Assembly: GCA_013115125.1 (NCBI GenBank)
Contig: JABANN010000328.1
Coordinates: 1-38,772, forward strand
DNA from: Perkinsus olseni
Taxonomy: Eukaryota
DNA: 38,772 nucleotides
Direction of reading: 5' to 3'
Below, in pieces: positions 12,580 to 25,299 of this stretch. Position 1 is the first letter of the stretch. The number at the start of each line of letters is the position of its first letter. The translations under genes were made by a program, and so were the position numbers. The notes beneath the pieces were generated by a model that saw nothing but the letters and a program-made list of their open reading frames with translations, was not told the origin of the DNA and searched no databases.

Positions 12580-14760
12580 TCAATACTCGCTCGCCCTAGT
12601 AAAATTTCTGAAGCGGTTTTTTTTCATTAACACGCTATTCGCAGTAAAGACATAAACACACCTGCGGGAAACTTAGACTATACTCCAAAGTAATTTGGAG
12701 CACTGTATCATCATCAACATACTTTGAAACCTACAAAGACATGGTTCAAGCTATAAGATATCTACAAGATACGCAGGTGTGCTTAACCGCACTCATAACG
12801 GCCAAAAAAATAACAAGCTATTTTACAGAACATAGGCAACAACCATGCGGACGACTCGAAAAATTAGCGGCAATAATGTAAAGAAGGCCAACCCGTACCA
12901 AACCCAACACCAAGCACCTTCTACGATGAAACTCGAAAACTACACAAAAAAACAGCAATTATACTGATAGCATAACAAGATACACGGCGCAAAAATCTTT
13001 CACTGCGCCACGAAACTGGCTTCTCAGCCATCCTGGACCTCGCCCCACTTGCCGAAGGATATTGCAGTGCTGCTGCCTTCTAGTAATGCCACGGCCTTTC
13101 CTTCACCTTGCAGTCGTTCCTCTGAAAAATTATAACCAAAACGTTCCCACAGAATACAACAGAAAGCCGATTTCTCCATACCAAAAAACCACTTCACAGA
13201 ATTGATAACGAAAAAATTCAATAAAGAGTTTCGAATATTTAAGAGAAAGTACGAAACAGACATTGTGCAGTTTCCAAATATAACTTTCTCGTTACTTGCC
13301 ATTTGAACTTTTCCGCAGTGTATACACGTGCATGGTGTGCGACAGAATTTCTTAGTGAAACTGTGGAAGAAACCACAGTATCTCAGAATTGCGTCGAACG
13401 CGCGCGAAATGCCTTGTGATTATCGAGATATTCCAGTTCACCCGCAAACTTGCATGTCACAGTACAACCCCACACAAGAGGCTCGTGTTAGAGAATTCCC
13501 AATTCACAGGCCGACGTGATTTTTGCAAATCATCTGTTCACGAGATAATAGGAAGCGTACGAAAATGCGATTCAAGAGGAAAAATCCCCGGGAAAAACTG
13601 GGAAAGTTACCGAGGCACATCACAAAGAAAAATGATCAAGAACCAGCGAGGAGAATAAGATACTATCACGTTAACTGTGAAATTTCGAGAAGTGGCATAG
13701 CACAATCGAAAAATGGTCAAAAATATAAGACGAAGCAGAACACGCCGGAATCCGGACCTTCCGAGAGAGTGTCCAGCAGAAGATGCCACACCGCAAATGG
13801 TTTGGTCATACCCGACATCAACAACGCAAAAATATATACCTGACAGGAATCTTCATCATCCTGAGCTCACACACGGAAGCCTAAGCTCGGTAAAGATACC
13901 ATGAATATAATGACGCCGTCGCCGGTTCGATTCACTGGCGGTCTAGGAAAGTAACGACGAGCTCTTTGTTAACACAATGATCTCACAATCTGACCTCCTA
14001 CTGCAGTCACATCAGACAATCTCATTCGATCCAGGCAAAATCCATTCCTTAACAGAGGGCCGACCAAGCGCCGCGCTACCCGGAGCAGTCTAACGCCGCT
14101 TGACACGAAACTTCAGCTTCCGTTTTCGAGGAAATTATTCGGAGAGAAGTAATCGCCAACTCACCGGCATAACGTCATCCATATCGATCAACTCTTTCCT
14201 CCCCTCGCTCGCCTTTGCCGCATCCTCCCTCAACAGTGGGGCCACCGACAACAACTGCTCCATTGCAGTCGGATAAAAACCTGCCAAAGCTCGGAGTAGG
14301 ATACCAGAAAATATCTATCTTATTTTCCGCCGGTCCTAGCAGCTTCCTAATAGGTCCAGCAGTTCTGACGAGCGCTTAGCGGATACGAGGCGAAGGGTCT
14401 CGTGATGGAATTGCGGGTATCCGATTATTCCGTCACAGTAACGACCCGGGTTCGATCCAGCCTGACCATCCATCACCCCTTTTAAACCACGAACGACTAG
14501 CCGAAAATTTCATACCCTAATTTCGAATCTTTCATGCATCAACCTAAGATTCTCAATTTCATTCCACAGAAATATTCCACGTGCGTGCAAACTACCAAAA
14601 AACGTATCTTTTGGTTTTCACTATTTTTCAAAGCTCCTCAGTCGAACGACTGAGCGACTTACCACCCTCCGCGGTCATCGCATCTTCAACTTCGTGCAAC
14701 CGTTCACTCCCAGCCACATACAACTGTTGTAAATCAGAGGATTCACCGGCTTGACCTGAA
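12580..14760 (-). CDS. Multi-exon hypothetical, probably membrane protein
   Basis: Exon-like segments QAGESSDLQQLYVAGSERLHEVEDAMTAEG, MEQLLSVAPLLREDAAKASEGRKELIDMDDVMP and VYIFALLMSGMTKPFAVWHLLLDTLSE, with hydrophobic 3' segments. Frames not fully resolved. Confidence 0.35.
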
Positions 14761-14829
14761 CCCACCAAGTGCATGCATCAACCTAAGATACCATTTTTCA
14801 AATTCCTACCTATAAAATCCTCCCTAACA

Positions 14830-16500
14830 CCACACAGTGCCGGCAAGCTCTCCACAGTATACCTCTCCCGCAACCGCTGACATCGATACACAAACTCCTT
14901 GTCGTCTTGCGAGTAATACCGACAGTATCTGTAAACGGTCAAGTGAGCATGAAAATCCATGACCACTGGTTTGCGCCATTGAAAATGAATCCTTCCACCC
15001 GGCCCGTATTGACAATTCCCTCTCACGTGCCGCAATTGAGGGTGAAAGGCATCAGATAATCTCGGTGTCAAAAGCTGCCATCCCAGGCTGCCTATCGGTG
15101 ACTCAGCATCCGGGTCGTTCTCAGGGAGCGCTTCCAGGCACTCTGACAGGCTGCGCTCATCTAGGGTGCGGAAACTCTCAACAGTGCGTATGATGTGGTG
15201 CTCCAAAATGGAGGGTTCCGGAACCACTCGGCGAACAAATCGTCGTCTCTCTTCTCGAGTCACTGGGCTCTTCAGATTGACACTCATTCGAGCTTCATTG
15301 AGCGCCGCTACGTCCGCGGGGCACTCCACAAACACGGCTTCACTCAGTGATGCCATTCGTAATACGAGACCTAATCTGAGCTTAAAATGCACACAATCAA
15401 GTTTGATGCAGCGGAAGGAGGCCTTCAGCCAAGCGGTCCCAGCAGTGTAATCTTCGCTGCAACATGCAACATCCACATGTAATGCGGTCAGTGTCGAGCC
15501 GCCGTAAGATATCAGTCAAAGCAGGCGGAATGTATTTAGTAGCAGTACTGGGAGTGACGTAGACACCAGGTGTCTGACACCTAGGACAATCCCGGCGTCT
15601 CCAAGCAGGGTAAGCGCCTGACAAGTCTCGGTGTCTTGACAGTCTTGGCAGCTTTACGGGTATGGTCCGAGCCATCGAGAACCTTCTTTACATAGTCTTC
15701 AGCTCGAGTTGCAGGAACGGCTTCTGCAAGGCGAAAGCCGCGAGAAGCGCTTGCTTGATGGAGTCCGATGATACTAAGAACCCAGGAAAGACCGCAAAGT
15801 CCGGGCCGGCAGACGGTTTGTTTGGCCAAAATGCCCCAGATAAGGCCATCTCCCAACATGGGTTAAACAGCGCCCTGCGCCTTGTATAATCAATAAATCA
15901 TGATTGAAGGATTCAGCAGCAGTGCTCAGGGTTTTCCCGGACCGCTGCTACTCAACAGCTTCCTTGTCGACACCCTTTCGATCCCCCGGTACAAAGAAGG
16001 GTGCCTGTACTTGGGCAATCGAGGGGAGCGTCAATACATAGCCACTGTCGATGCTTCGAAAGAATCGAACACACAACCCACACTTCAATTCACAGTATAC
16101 CAGGCGATAAGCGAACTTCCCTCTGCGATATATAAGTTAACCGTGAGCTACACCATTGACCTTCTTCACATCAGGTCCATGGCAGTACACGTATTTCCCG
16201 CCAGTCGGATGCCAGATGAAGGCATCATGATCCAGTAGTTATTCTGATAAGTGAGGATAAGGCGTGCCAGCCTGACCAGTTCCTCTGGATCTCGAGCCCT
16301 CAACCACACGCCGACACGCCGGGCGTGCTTCTGCTCTTCATGTAGACTCCAATTCGCCGCCGTTGGCCTATCGAAGTCTTCCGCGGCTTTGGGCAGAGGG
16401 CCCAACTTCGGCTTCGGATCCGGTGCCGAATGAGATATGGTCGTTGTACTGGCAGCTGTGGATGTTCTTTGGGCAGGAAAAGTGTTGCCATTTGCAACTT
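14830..16500 (-). mobile_element. Decayed DDE transposase pseudogene, Dada/DUF6729-like
   Basis: Ordered motifs across stops and frameshifts: YCELKCGLC.RFFRSID...LP (Zn finger), DHTRKAAK, DVACC, IKLDCVHFKLR (DxxH), RRVVPEP, HVRGNC, VYRCQR...VESL. No introns seen. Confidence 0.65.
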
Positions 16501-16699
16501 GCAAATGGAGCTAGTGTGTAGTATCGTTTTTGTTCGGGAGTATGTGAGTGTGGGCTGCCTCTACAAGATGTAGAGACAGCCTCTCTCCCTTTTTCTTCCC
16601 GTTTTCCCTCTTCACAAAAACGATTCTATCCCCTAGCCCCCTCCAACCGTCATTATTTTTAAATTTTCCTGGCTGTGAATGCCGTAAATCCCACAACTC

Positions 16700-19600
16700 G
16701 ATAGCCCTCTCTCATCATAAGAGGAGCGCATGAACATTTAGCAAACCACACAAGGACAGCGATGATTGGAGGGGTGGAGGTAATCGAGGAAAATGTGTAG
16801 CAGATTTTCGACCGATATGACAGGTTGATGACCGTTCGATTCGATTTCAACAATCGATCAAGTGATCGATTTCCAACTTACACATTCCATAAGATCCCTC
16901 CAACCTTCCCATACAAATATCTCCGCACACAGCATGCTGCAGAGGGAAGATACTCCCGATACATCTGACACACAGCAACCTCCCATGAACCATTCAAGAA
17001 CTGCCATCAAACGACGACACAGGAATTCACCACCGATCTACAATCACTCCCACATACCACACCAAACGAATAACGTCCGCTGATGGCTGTTGACATACAG
17101 TCGCCGACACCAACGGCCGCATCTCACCCCCACACGTTGCACTCCCTCTCTCCTCATAAAATTCACGAAGTGTGAGCAATTGCAAACCCGAATCCTACAA
17201 CAACTACGCCACTGTCATTCCGCCGGCGGCGTCGATTTTTTTCTAATACCCCCTGCCTGTGATAGTATCCATGCTCAATTAGCTGTAAACCTTACGACCC
17301 AAGCAAGTTCGCAGTGCTACTAGAAATCATAACGATCGTTCCCGTGATCTATCTCTAATAGTTCTACGTTTCAAAACTATTCCATCAAAGACGAGGTTCC
17401 GATCGCCCTTTCGGTTTCAACTACGAATATTTCTTCCGTACCACACGCGGCGCGACTCAGTCTTTTACCTGGAAACCACGAAAACAGCACTCACCACATC
17501 CTGAGCCACCGAGAGCCCCTGCGCCAATATATTCTTCCTTATGGAAGCTGTTATCCTCTCTGCGGCTGCCTCAACCTCTGTCGTCGGCTCTGGAAGATGC
17601 GGAAGCGTCCAGGACGGCTAAAAAGAAAACCGACAGTCATCCGGCCGGCAGCACTGCTGCCGCAGCAGAACCCTTCACGATTCCCCGCATACTCTGGGAA
17701 GGCTACACCAATACCAGTATCTTAGGTTGAACCCTCCATTTCATAAAACTCAACCATCCATTCTTGTAATGCTCACTACTACTAGTGCCGAGTTATCAAT
17801 CGCATTTGGCAGCTCCCCTAAGTCTCGCATACGAACCAGACAGAGCGGTTACACGCGGAATTACACAGATGATAAGAAACCCTGTGCCAGAGGCGATCTC
17901 ATACGCGTTCTACCGAAAAGACTCCTACCGCACCCCAATATTACTTCTTCCCGGGGTAAATATTTCCGCCGAAATTCCTCACAAAATGATGCTGCTTCGA
18001 GCCCAACGCTGTAATTCATATTCTCGAGTATCTAAAGGTCGACCAAAGGAAGATGCAAAACTGGTCTACAACCATGCCCGTCAGGCGATAAACCGATCCC
18101 CTGTCGCCAGGCCTTACACGGAGCATCGACCAAGAAAAGGCTTCAGCCAAAATTTTTGTTTCCGCATTTCTCCCAGCAAAAACTATCTTCAAAATTTTCT
18201 CCTCTTTCAAAATTTATTGCTATTTCTTTGCAATATTTCTGCCACCGTCGAGCGCAAGATTTGGCCTCTCTTCAAAAATACACCATCAGCGGCTCCCAAC
18301 CACAGCCGACCTTCTCCACGAAACTCCTTCATCAACCTAAGATTCTCGTCCACCAACAAATGCGCACATCACTTTCGACGCGATTCGCCGAAATTCAAAC
18401 AGAAAAGTTTTCCCGAAAATTCCAAGACAATTAATACCCACCCAAGCAGTACACCTCGGAAAAACTCGTACGCATCATCTGCCCCTCGTCCTGTACCATT
18501 CTCTTCAATAGCCCTGAGACACGAATCTTGCTCCCTTACGAATTCTTGCTCTTCCCCAACGTCTATTACCCATGCATCACACTCATCCAGTAGTGACTCA
18601 AACTACCTAATTTTTCCTCCAACTGATTTTCAACTTCTCGATTGGACGGGGTGTCGGACGCCGTGAAAACTAACATTTTGAACTCGCCGCTACCCTCGGA
18701 CGACTTCTCATCTGCACTGCCGCTGCTGCTGCTCTTCACAGTGCAACGACAAACAGCCTGAATCAGCGAATCGAGGTTGTTGATAAATTACACGAGATAG
18801 AGGCTGCCAACGCCTCATCATCCCCACTCGCAAGAAGCAAAGCACCCATCTACAACTTCTCCAAAAAAATTCCCCAACGGCCAGTCCCCTCCCGCGGACG
18901 TCCGTATTACCAAATTTTTGGCCATATTCTGCGATCGGTTCCACACTGGTGACACACATTTGAGGAGAGCTGGGGAACCTGAAAACAGATCTTTAACAGC
19001 GTACACCGACTCAACTTCGTCGTTTTATTTTCGAAACTTCTTCAACCAAAAACAAGCAGAAGTCGTCAAGGCAAGCGCTAGCAGATTACATATGTCCTCG
19101 CATTGCTATCGCAAATAGTGGCCTACCCATCATCATACAATACCCGAAAATTTCACCAACTCTCACAACCTTCCAAGGTACGCTCCGCGCGGCTTTATCA
19201 ACTACTATAAACTTCTAACAAGGGTTGATACTCACTCAATGAGAGGTCCTTCAGCGCAGTAGTGGACGTAGATGCCTTCTCGTAAACCGTGTATCCGAGA
19301 GAAGCACAAACGTCGTCGAAAACCTGAGAGAACTAAACTCCTAACAAGTTTCGCCCGTAAACGTCCAATAGTAAACCCCGGCGACCCCGCATCGACGACA
19401 GCCACAAGCATAGACACAGGGAGTCCATCCAGACTTATACGAAATATGAAGGCATCTACTTAGGCCACTAGTTCTCCTAAGGTGGTCGAGTTTTAGTCGC
19501 TTTGACGTCGGGTTGTTTTCTGCCGCTACAGTAGCCGCACTACTTCTCTCAAGGTGGAAGCACGCCCGTCGACGAGCAACTCGCGACAGATTTCGGAGTA

Positions 19601-19800
19601 TTCGACCGTACAACACAGCGGAAGGGTCCTACGAGGCCGTGAAGGGGCTGCCGAACGCACCCTCGCACTCTGAAAAATTTATAGTTGGGGTTGTTCCGAA
19701 TCGCTGTCACAAAAAGCATTTTACCCGCGATTCGGCACTTCACTTTGGGAGAGTCTCCACGCGTATGGTCGTGGGCGAGAAAGCAAACTACTGCGATGTT
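16700..19800 (-). CDS. Intron-rich hypothetical gene(s)
   Basis: Short GT/AG-bounded open segments, e.g. EYSEICRELLVDGRASTLRE, FESLLDECDAWVIDVGEARI, VGLEAASFCEEFRRKYLPREE, PSWTLPHLPEPTTEVEAAAERITASIRKNILAQG. Gene number and boundaries uncertain. Confidence 0.35.
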
Positions 19801-20421
19801 TTGATTTACCGTTCCGCGACGACGGAATCTCAAAAAACACGAAAAATAAATAAAATTTATAATTTGCTGCAGCTTAAAACTTCTAAAAATGAAGAACGTA
19901 TTTCATCAAAGTTTCCGAGGATGATGATTATCACCAACAAAAATCAAGGCCGCCTTTCCGATGTCATCAACTCATAAAAATTCGCTGAATTTGTCATGTC
20001 AATTTGACTAATCTCCAAATTCAACGTCAATTCAAAAGACCCCTTTTCTGAGTGGAAACGAAATTCTACCCATTTGGCATTGTAGAACATACGGAGCACA
20101 CGTGAAAGCCCTAACCCCGACCACTACCACTACTACTACCTGTAATAAAAGGTCCTTACTGCAGGATGAGGGGAAGACTCGACTCATCTCGATAATGCCA
20201 GACAGCTCGATCGCCTCCTCCAGCAGTTCGTCCGACGCGGATTGTTCAGACGCCTCTACCATGCCTTCAACAAAACTGCCACAGCAGCGCAGGATGAGAA
20301 TCGCGCTGCAAAATCTTGGGGCGAGCGCTACTCCCAGAGACACAGGTTCGATCCTCGGATAGACCACTTTTCCCGTCATTTTTTCCTTGTCATCGACGAG
20401 TGTATTGTCGGTTGTGTTGCG

Positions 20422-21105
20422 ATGGACTACATCGCTCACATAGTCGCCCCCTACCTCCATCCACGTGACTGCCGTGCCTTGGTCGTGGCCTGGCCGAAGA
20501 ATCATCGTGGTCACGATGACTTGACCAGGCGAGTTTACAACGACTTGATACTTCGAGTGGGCCTTCCTCGACCCTCCATCGGCTGTTCATCACGAGAAGC
20601 ATACTACCATCTCGTCTACGGCAAGTACTGTGACTTCTGCTACCTCCCTCTAGAGGCTGCCAATTCGACCTCCTGCGCATCTTATTTTTTATGTAACGCA
20701 TGCATCGACCTATGGATTCACTTGGGTGACCGACTCAACGGCATCGACCACGACCTAGACGTCCTCCGTGCCATCTCGGACCCCTTATCCGTGAAACTCC
20801 AGCGCTTGCTCCACGGTTCCCTGTGGGTGCGAAAGAAGGAGCTTCTCACCATCATTGAGCCTTTAAAACGGTTAACCGAGCGTGAAGTTTACGTACACAA
20901 GTCGCGGCTTCTATGGAAGTTTCGTGGCCAAGTTTACGAGAAGCGCGTCCACACCGTCTTCTCGGATGAGCTCCGTCGTTTCGGTCTTTCGAGCGTTTCT
21001 CTCGGCAACCTCGAGGAGGACCCCATTGGTTGTGTATTTTCCTGCTCCGCCTTAATTCAAGCCTACACTGCCACTCAGGACATGCTGGAAGCCTTGGTCG
21101 CGTGA
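20422..21105 (+). CDS. Intronless 227-aa protein with F-box-like N-terminus and C4 zinc-finger-like motif
   Basis: First in-frame ATG of ORF 20242-21105 gives MDYIAHIVAPYLHPRDCRAL (F-box-like). It is followed by YCDFC-x17-CNAC. Confidence 0.55.
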   Translation: MDYIAHIVAPYLHPRDCRALVVAWPKNHRGHDDLTRRVYNDLILRVGLPRPSIGCSSREAYYHLVYGKYCDFCYLPLEAANSTSCASYFLCNACIDLWIHLGDRLNGIDHDLDVLRAISDPLSVKLQRLLHGSLWVRKKELLTIIEPLKRLTEREVYVHKSRLLWKFRGQVYEKRVHTVFSDELRRFGLSSVSLGNLEEDPIGCVFSCSALIQAYTATQDMLEALVA

Positions 21106-21871
21106 GTCGAACGATAATACCATCTCTTGCGATATTCGTGTGCCATCAGGTTTGATAATATCCCTCAGCGAAGCATACGTGACATAGTGAGAATGCAGCT
21201 ACAAAGAAAGTCCATTACGGGCGAGGTGAGTCTCGTGAATGCTATTGATGCCGCTTAGTGATTCCCTTCAGGGTCCCTTACACGACCTAGCGGCATCACG
21301 ACCGTGCTGGGAGGGTTCCTGTTCTGCGACCAGCTGCGTACTCGGAGCGAAAGTCTGTAAGTTCCCCATGCAAGCCCTGTGGGGTGATCATGAGCTTTCT
21401 AAGGTTCGCAAATGGCGAGCATGAGAGAGCAGCCCATACCAACGAACGCAGCCGTAGCGCCTAAACGATCGACCGAGCACCGAAGCTTGAAGGCGGCGAG
21501 ACGGCGCAAACGGCTGAGATGCGTTGCATAGGCCCTCACGGGCTGTTGTCAACGCTGAATTCACGACCAAGCTTTTATCGAGTATTCGGAAGCCCTCCTC
21601 GATGCATCCAATTACTCGCTTGTACCACTTGTCGATGTTCCTATTATTAACGTGTTTCTGCGCATAGTAGGCTCGTCGTGTTCACGCTGTGAATTGAGTA
21701 AAGAGGAGATGGTCGTTTGATGACAGGTGGGAGTGTCCCTTCTCGTTGAAGGCTGGCCATCCGCAATGATGCGCCACTTCTCAGTGAACGCGAGAATCTT
21801 CCCGAACGCTGTGGGTGAACCGCGGACAAGTCATGATTCTGTGAAAAAGCTTGCCCATCGAACGACTTCAG

Positions 21872-22060
21872 AGTGAATCAAATAAGTGCGGAAATTTGTG
21901 AACGGGGGTGGAAAAATTATTTTTCTAAAATATTTTTCAAAAATATCGATCGCCTGAAATTGAAATTTGAAATCATTATGGCAAACCAAGGAATCGATCG
22001 GGAAATGGTGTAGAATAACCCGGGCTGTCGGTATCAAGAATACGTACGGGGGCATCCACT
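21872..22060. repeat. Dispersed repeat copy 1 (probable transposon-derived segment)
   Basis: tgaatcaaataagtgcggaaatttgtgaa...aaaatatcga..cctgaaattgaaat...gtacgggggcatcc resembles 26232-26420. Confidence 0.5.
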
Positions 22061-22689
22061 GAGGGGTCCCGCCAATCCGAGTATACTAGTTTAGGCGTTC
22101 GTTTAAAAGTAGCCATCACATGATAACAGTTGGCCGAGAAATGGTGTTTAGTGACTTCAACCGCAAGCTTGAGGCCGTGGTATATCACAATTGACCAGCA
22201 AAACGCGGAGGTGCGGAAAAGCGTGAATCGTGCGAATCAAGCTATGCGACTATATCGTTCACCTCAATGCATATGCGTATACAACGATGTGACTTCACAT
22301 CGTGGAGCCTACAACATCCAAGGAAGTCTGTCAGGACGAGGTGTGAATATTTGGGACAATTCGAAAGGGTCATACTTGAGGTCACAATACTACTCGGACA
22401 GCTAACTAGGGCAGCACGTAACACCAGCAATCTTCTCACAAATCCGGCGCGGAAAGGATGAAGGAGAGCAGCGCGAATCTGCACTGCCTTAGCCACGGCT
22501 TGTTGTCTTCAATGTGTCAGCAAAGGGTCTGGTAATCGCCATACGCGAAGACGTAACGATGAGTATAGATCAACAACTCTTCGTTGAACGTAAGTAGGAC
22601 AGAATCATCATAATCATATTTGAAGCAATAACTGCAGTTTTCGTCATCAGCATCATCGGCCATCACCCCGAGCCAGCGGCTCAGACTCT

Positions 22690-23112
22690 TCAACAAGGAC
22701 ACGTCTTCATCGGCGGCATTGGGCTCATAGTGATGGGTTCACCTCCGAACTGGACGGTCAAAATACGTGCCGGTGGCTCATAGGCGTATGTGAGAAGATC
22801 TCCTTCGCGAACATAGTGAGAGTCACACGTGAGGTTGACCTTGAAGATCATGCGTCGGTACTCCTCACTGCTCGGCTGGGCGATTTGATATCGGTTTGGC
22901 CCAGTCTTGTTGAGATGAAAGTAGCCAAACGACAAACTTCCGTTACAATCGACCTCGACAGCCACATAGACAGGGCCTTGCAGCCATAGCACACCGACGC
23001 AACTAGCTGGCGGACGAGGCTTCTTGCAGTACTTAACTTGTGGGGGGTCAATTGAGTCGCCGGCTGGAGACGCTGCAGCCAGGAGAACCCAGAGGACGCA
23101 GATGGCCCACAT
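22690..23112 (-). CDS. Intronless secreted 140-aa hypothetical protein
   Basis: ATG start, signal peptide MWAICVLWVLLAAASPA, six Cys after the signal peptide, N-glycosylation sequons (NGS, NKT, NLT), clean stop. Confidence 0.75.
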   Translation of the reverse strand: MWAICVLWVLLAAASPAGDSIDPPQVKYCKKPRPPASCVGVLWLQGPVYVAVEVDCNGSLSFGYFHLNKTGPNRYQIAQPSSEEYRRMIFKVNLTCDSHYVREGDLLTYAYEPPARILTVQFGGEPITMSPMPPMKTCPC

Positions 23113-23948
23113 GTCACGAGATTAGGCTGCCTTACCTACAAGAAGAAATCTCGAGTTGATCAGTCCGCGGAGTATGAGGCACTTTAATGCTCAGTCCAAT
23201 CCGCAGTATTCGACGCGAGTAAAGCCACAGTGAGTGTTCCGTTAAGACTGGGCGACACAACAGCTGAGTGACCCTCCGGGCTACCCGCAGATCTCGCGCA
23301 AACAACGCAATGAGGGACACTCCCACCCGGACGATATTTGTCTACGCATGCACCCCGTCACGCTGTGCCCTTCCGGGATCCCTATCGCCCAACTGACGGA
23401 GCGGTCGGGTCCTCTTGCGCCTCCGCGGCTGAGATTCCCCCGTGTGTCGAATTGCCTGAGGGTCTGCTGTTGAACCATTATGTCGGGCGTAAGTTCGCAA
23501 CTCACAGTCGCACCATGTGCGCGTGCGGTAGTTGGTCCGCTTGAGGATGAGCCAACAACTGTGTTTTCCTTAAGACTTTTTCGTGCGCCGTTGACAAGCC
23601 GCTGTGTCGTCGTGTACGGCGGCTGAGGCAAAGTCTTAGGATCTGGACCATATGCCGAAGGCGAACGTTGTTGGGCGAGACTCCCGTTGCCTCTTTTTCG
23701 AGCAAGTAAAATCGTAGGTGCGGGGGATTGGGCGGAGAGGGCGAGCGCAAGATTGCCAAACGCATTCCTGCGCGAGCCGTGACACTCACGTTGTCGAGCC
23801 ACACTGCCTTGATCTCAAGGCCGGGAGGAACGACAAGGTGAAGTGTCCACCCCACACCCTAGATTATATCGGGAGGGAAGGGATAGGGAAGGAAAATCGA
23901 GCGGGGAGCCGCTCTCTGAGGTCTGCGGCCGCTTGAATGATTCCCTTA

Positions 23949-24298
23949 TGAAAGGACGCGTTCGCTTTATAGCTTGTCTCCTTTTGTGTGGCTACGCGCG
24001 AATCGCGGAGCGACGCATCCCCCTCCAGAGATTTTACCCGCGTAGAACCCTAGCGGGTTTTACTCCAAAGAACACCCTCCTTGGAGCACAGATCGTGCGG
24101 ACAGCGGGTGACGGTGTCACCACACACAGCGCTGGCACTGCGGCAGACATGCTCGTTATCGCATTAGACCAGAGTCCTACCGAGAGCCGTGGAAGTTGAG
24201 GCAGGGCTCGAAGAACGTTTCTTTGAGTTTAACTCGAAAACGAAACCACTTTTCTCCCTTCAGAGGAGGAGAAGCGATCTCGTTTTCAGGTTATGGGG
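23949..24298 (+). mobile_element. Candidate copia-type LTR followed by primer-binding site
   Basis: Segment starts TGAAA and ends TTTCA (24288), with imperfect inverted termini. It is immediately followed by GGTTATGGG, similar to the copia PBS GGTTATGGGCCCAG. No gag follows. Confidence 0.4.
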
Positions 24299-25299
24299 CT
24301 TGCGTGTTCATTGAACACTGTTCAACAGCGTGACGAGGAATGAACACAATTGCGAGGACGAATGAACGCGCAAGGTGCAAAGGCGCCCAAAGAGCAAATA
24401 CATGTAGCAAGATCGCGACTAATGATACGAAGCAGGAATGAATGGAGTTATCGTCACTCATAGTGAGCGCTGCAGTTACAGTGACAGTGACTGTGACACA
24501 CTGCACTGTTGAACTTTTTGTGTGTGTGAGTTTCAGGTCCAATGCCGAGAACCGGCTTACTCAGACTAGCAACGATGTGTCTTGGATAAGCTCATTTTTG
24601 TGCTCAGTTGAATGGGCGACGTCCATCGCAGTGCGTCCAGTATAACTTCATCCAGTATAATTTAGCCCAACTTGACAGTACCAAGCATGGTTTCGTCCGC
24701 CGTTACCATCTTTCCCCTGGAGTCTCCAGGCTGGAGAGCAGCACGTGTGTTTGGATTCCAAACTTTAGAGTGAAGTTTATTCAGTAGACCCATGCACTCG
24801 AAGTACCGTTATGTTTGTAAGGCTCGCGGAGGCGAAGCTACTGTAACTTCAGACTTAAGTTAAACTGCATGCAACCATTCCTGTATGAGTCGTACAGTAT
24901 GACGCCAGAGGCATTGGTCCAGGGCTTCAACATGAAGGGCATCAGGTTTCAGTGGAACACACACGAGAGTAACTTGACACTTATCATTATTCGATGGGAA
25001 AAGCTACGTGATAGGTACGACATTTACTGATTTTTGAGAAATGCTGGAACGGCAGGTTTCAACCGGGTAGTCGAAATCCAGTTCGTGACAGAAGCGTATC
25101 TTGGGCCAAGATTCTTGGTGATTGATGTGACCATATCACGACCGTTGCCCCCCTGGTTGTGCTATGATCTCCTAGGAAATTTCCGCTAATTGCCAATCGT
25201 ACCTTGCTATCTGCTATCTCAATGAAGAGGATTCTGGATTTTGACAGTCAAATTTGAATATTGGCGCCGAGATCTTGGGGTGTCACGATGGTACAGTTG

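Noticed and set aside
13000-13130. RWLRSQFR as a glycosyltransferase-2 QxxRW motif
   Set aside because: Depends on an uncertain splice, and no DxD or other supporting motifs were seen.
17785-18666. 293-aa plus-strand ORF
   Set aside because: Non-ATG start and low-information composition. It lies antisense to minus-strand exons and introns.
19550-19620. EICRELLVDGRASTLRE as Spo11/Top6A
   Set aside because: No following YY catalytic motif or TOPRIM motifs found.
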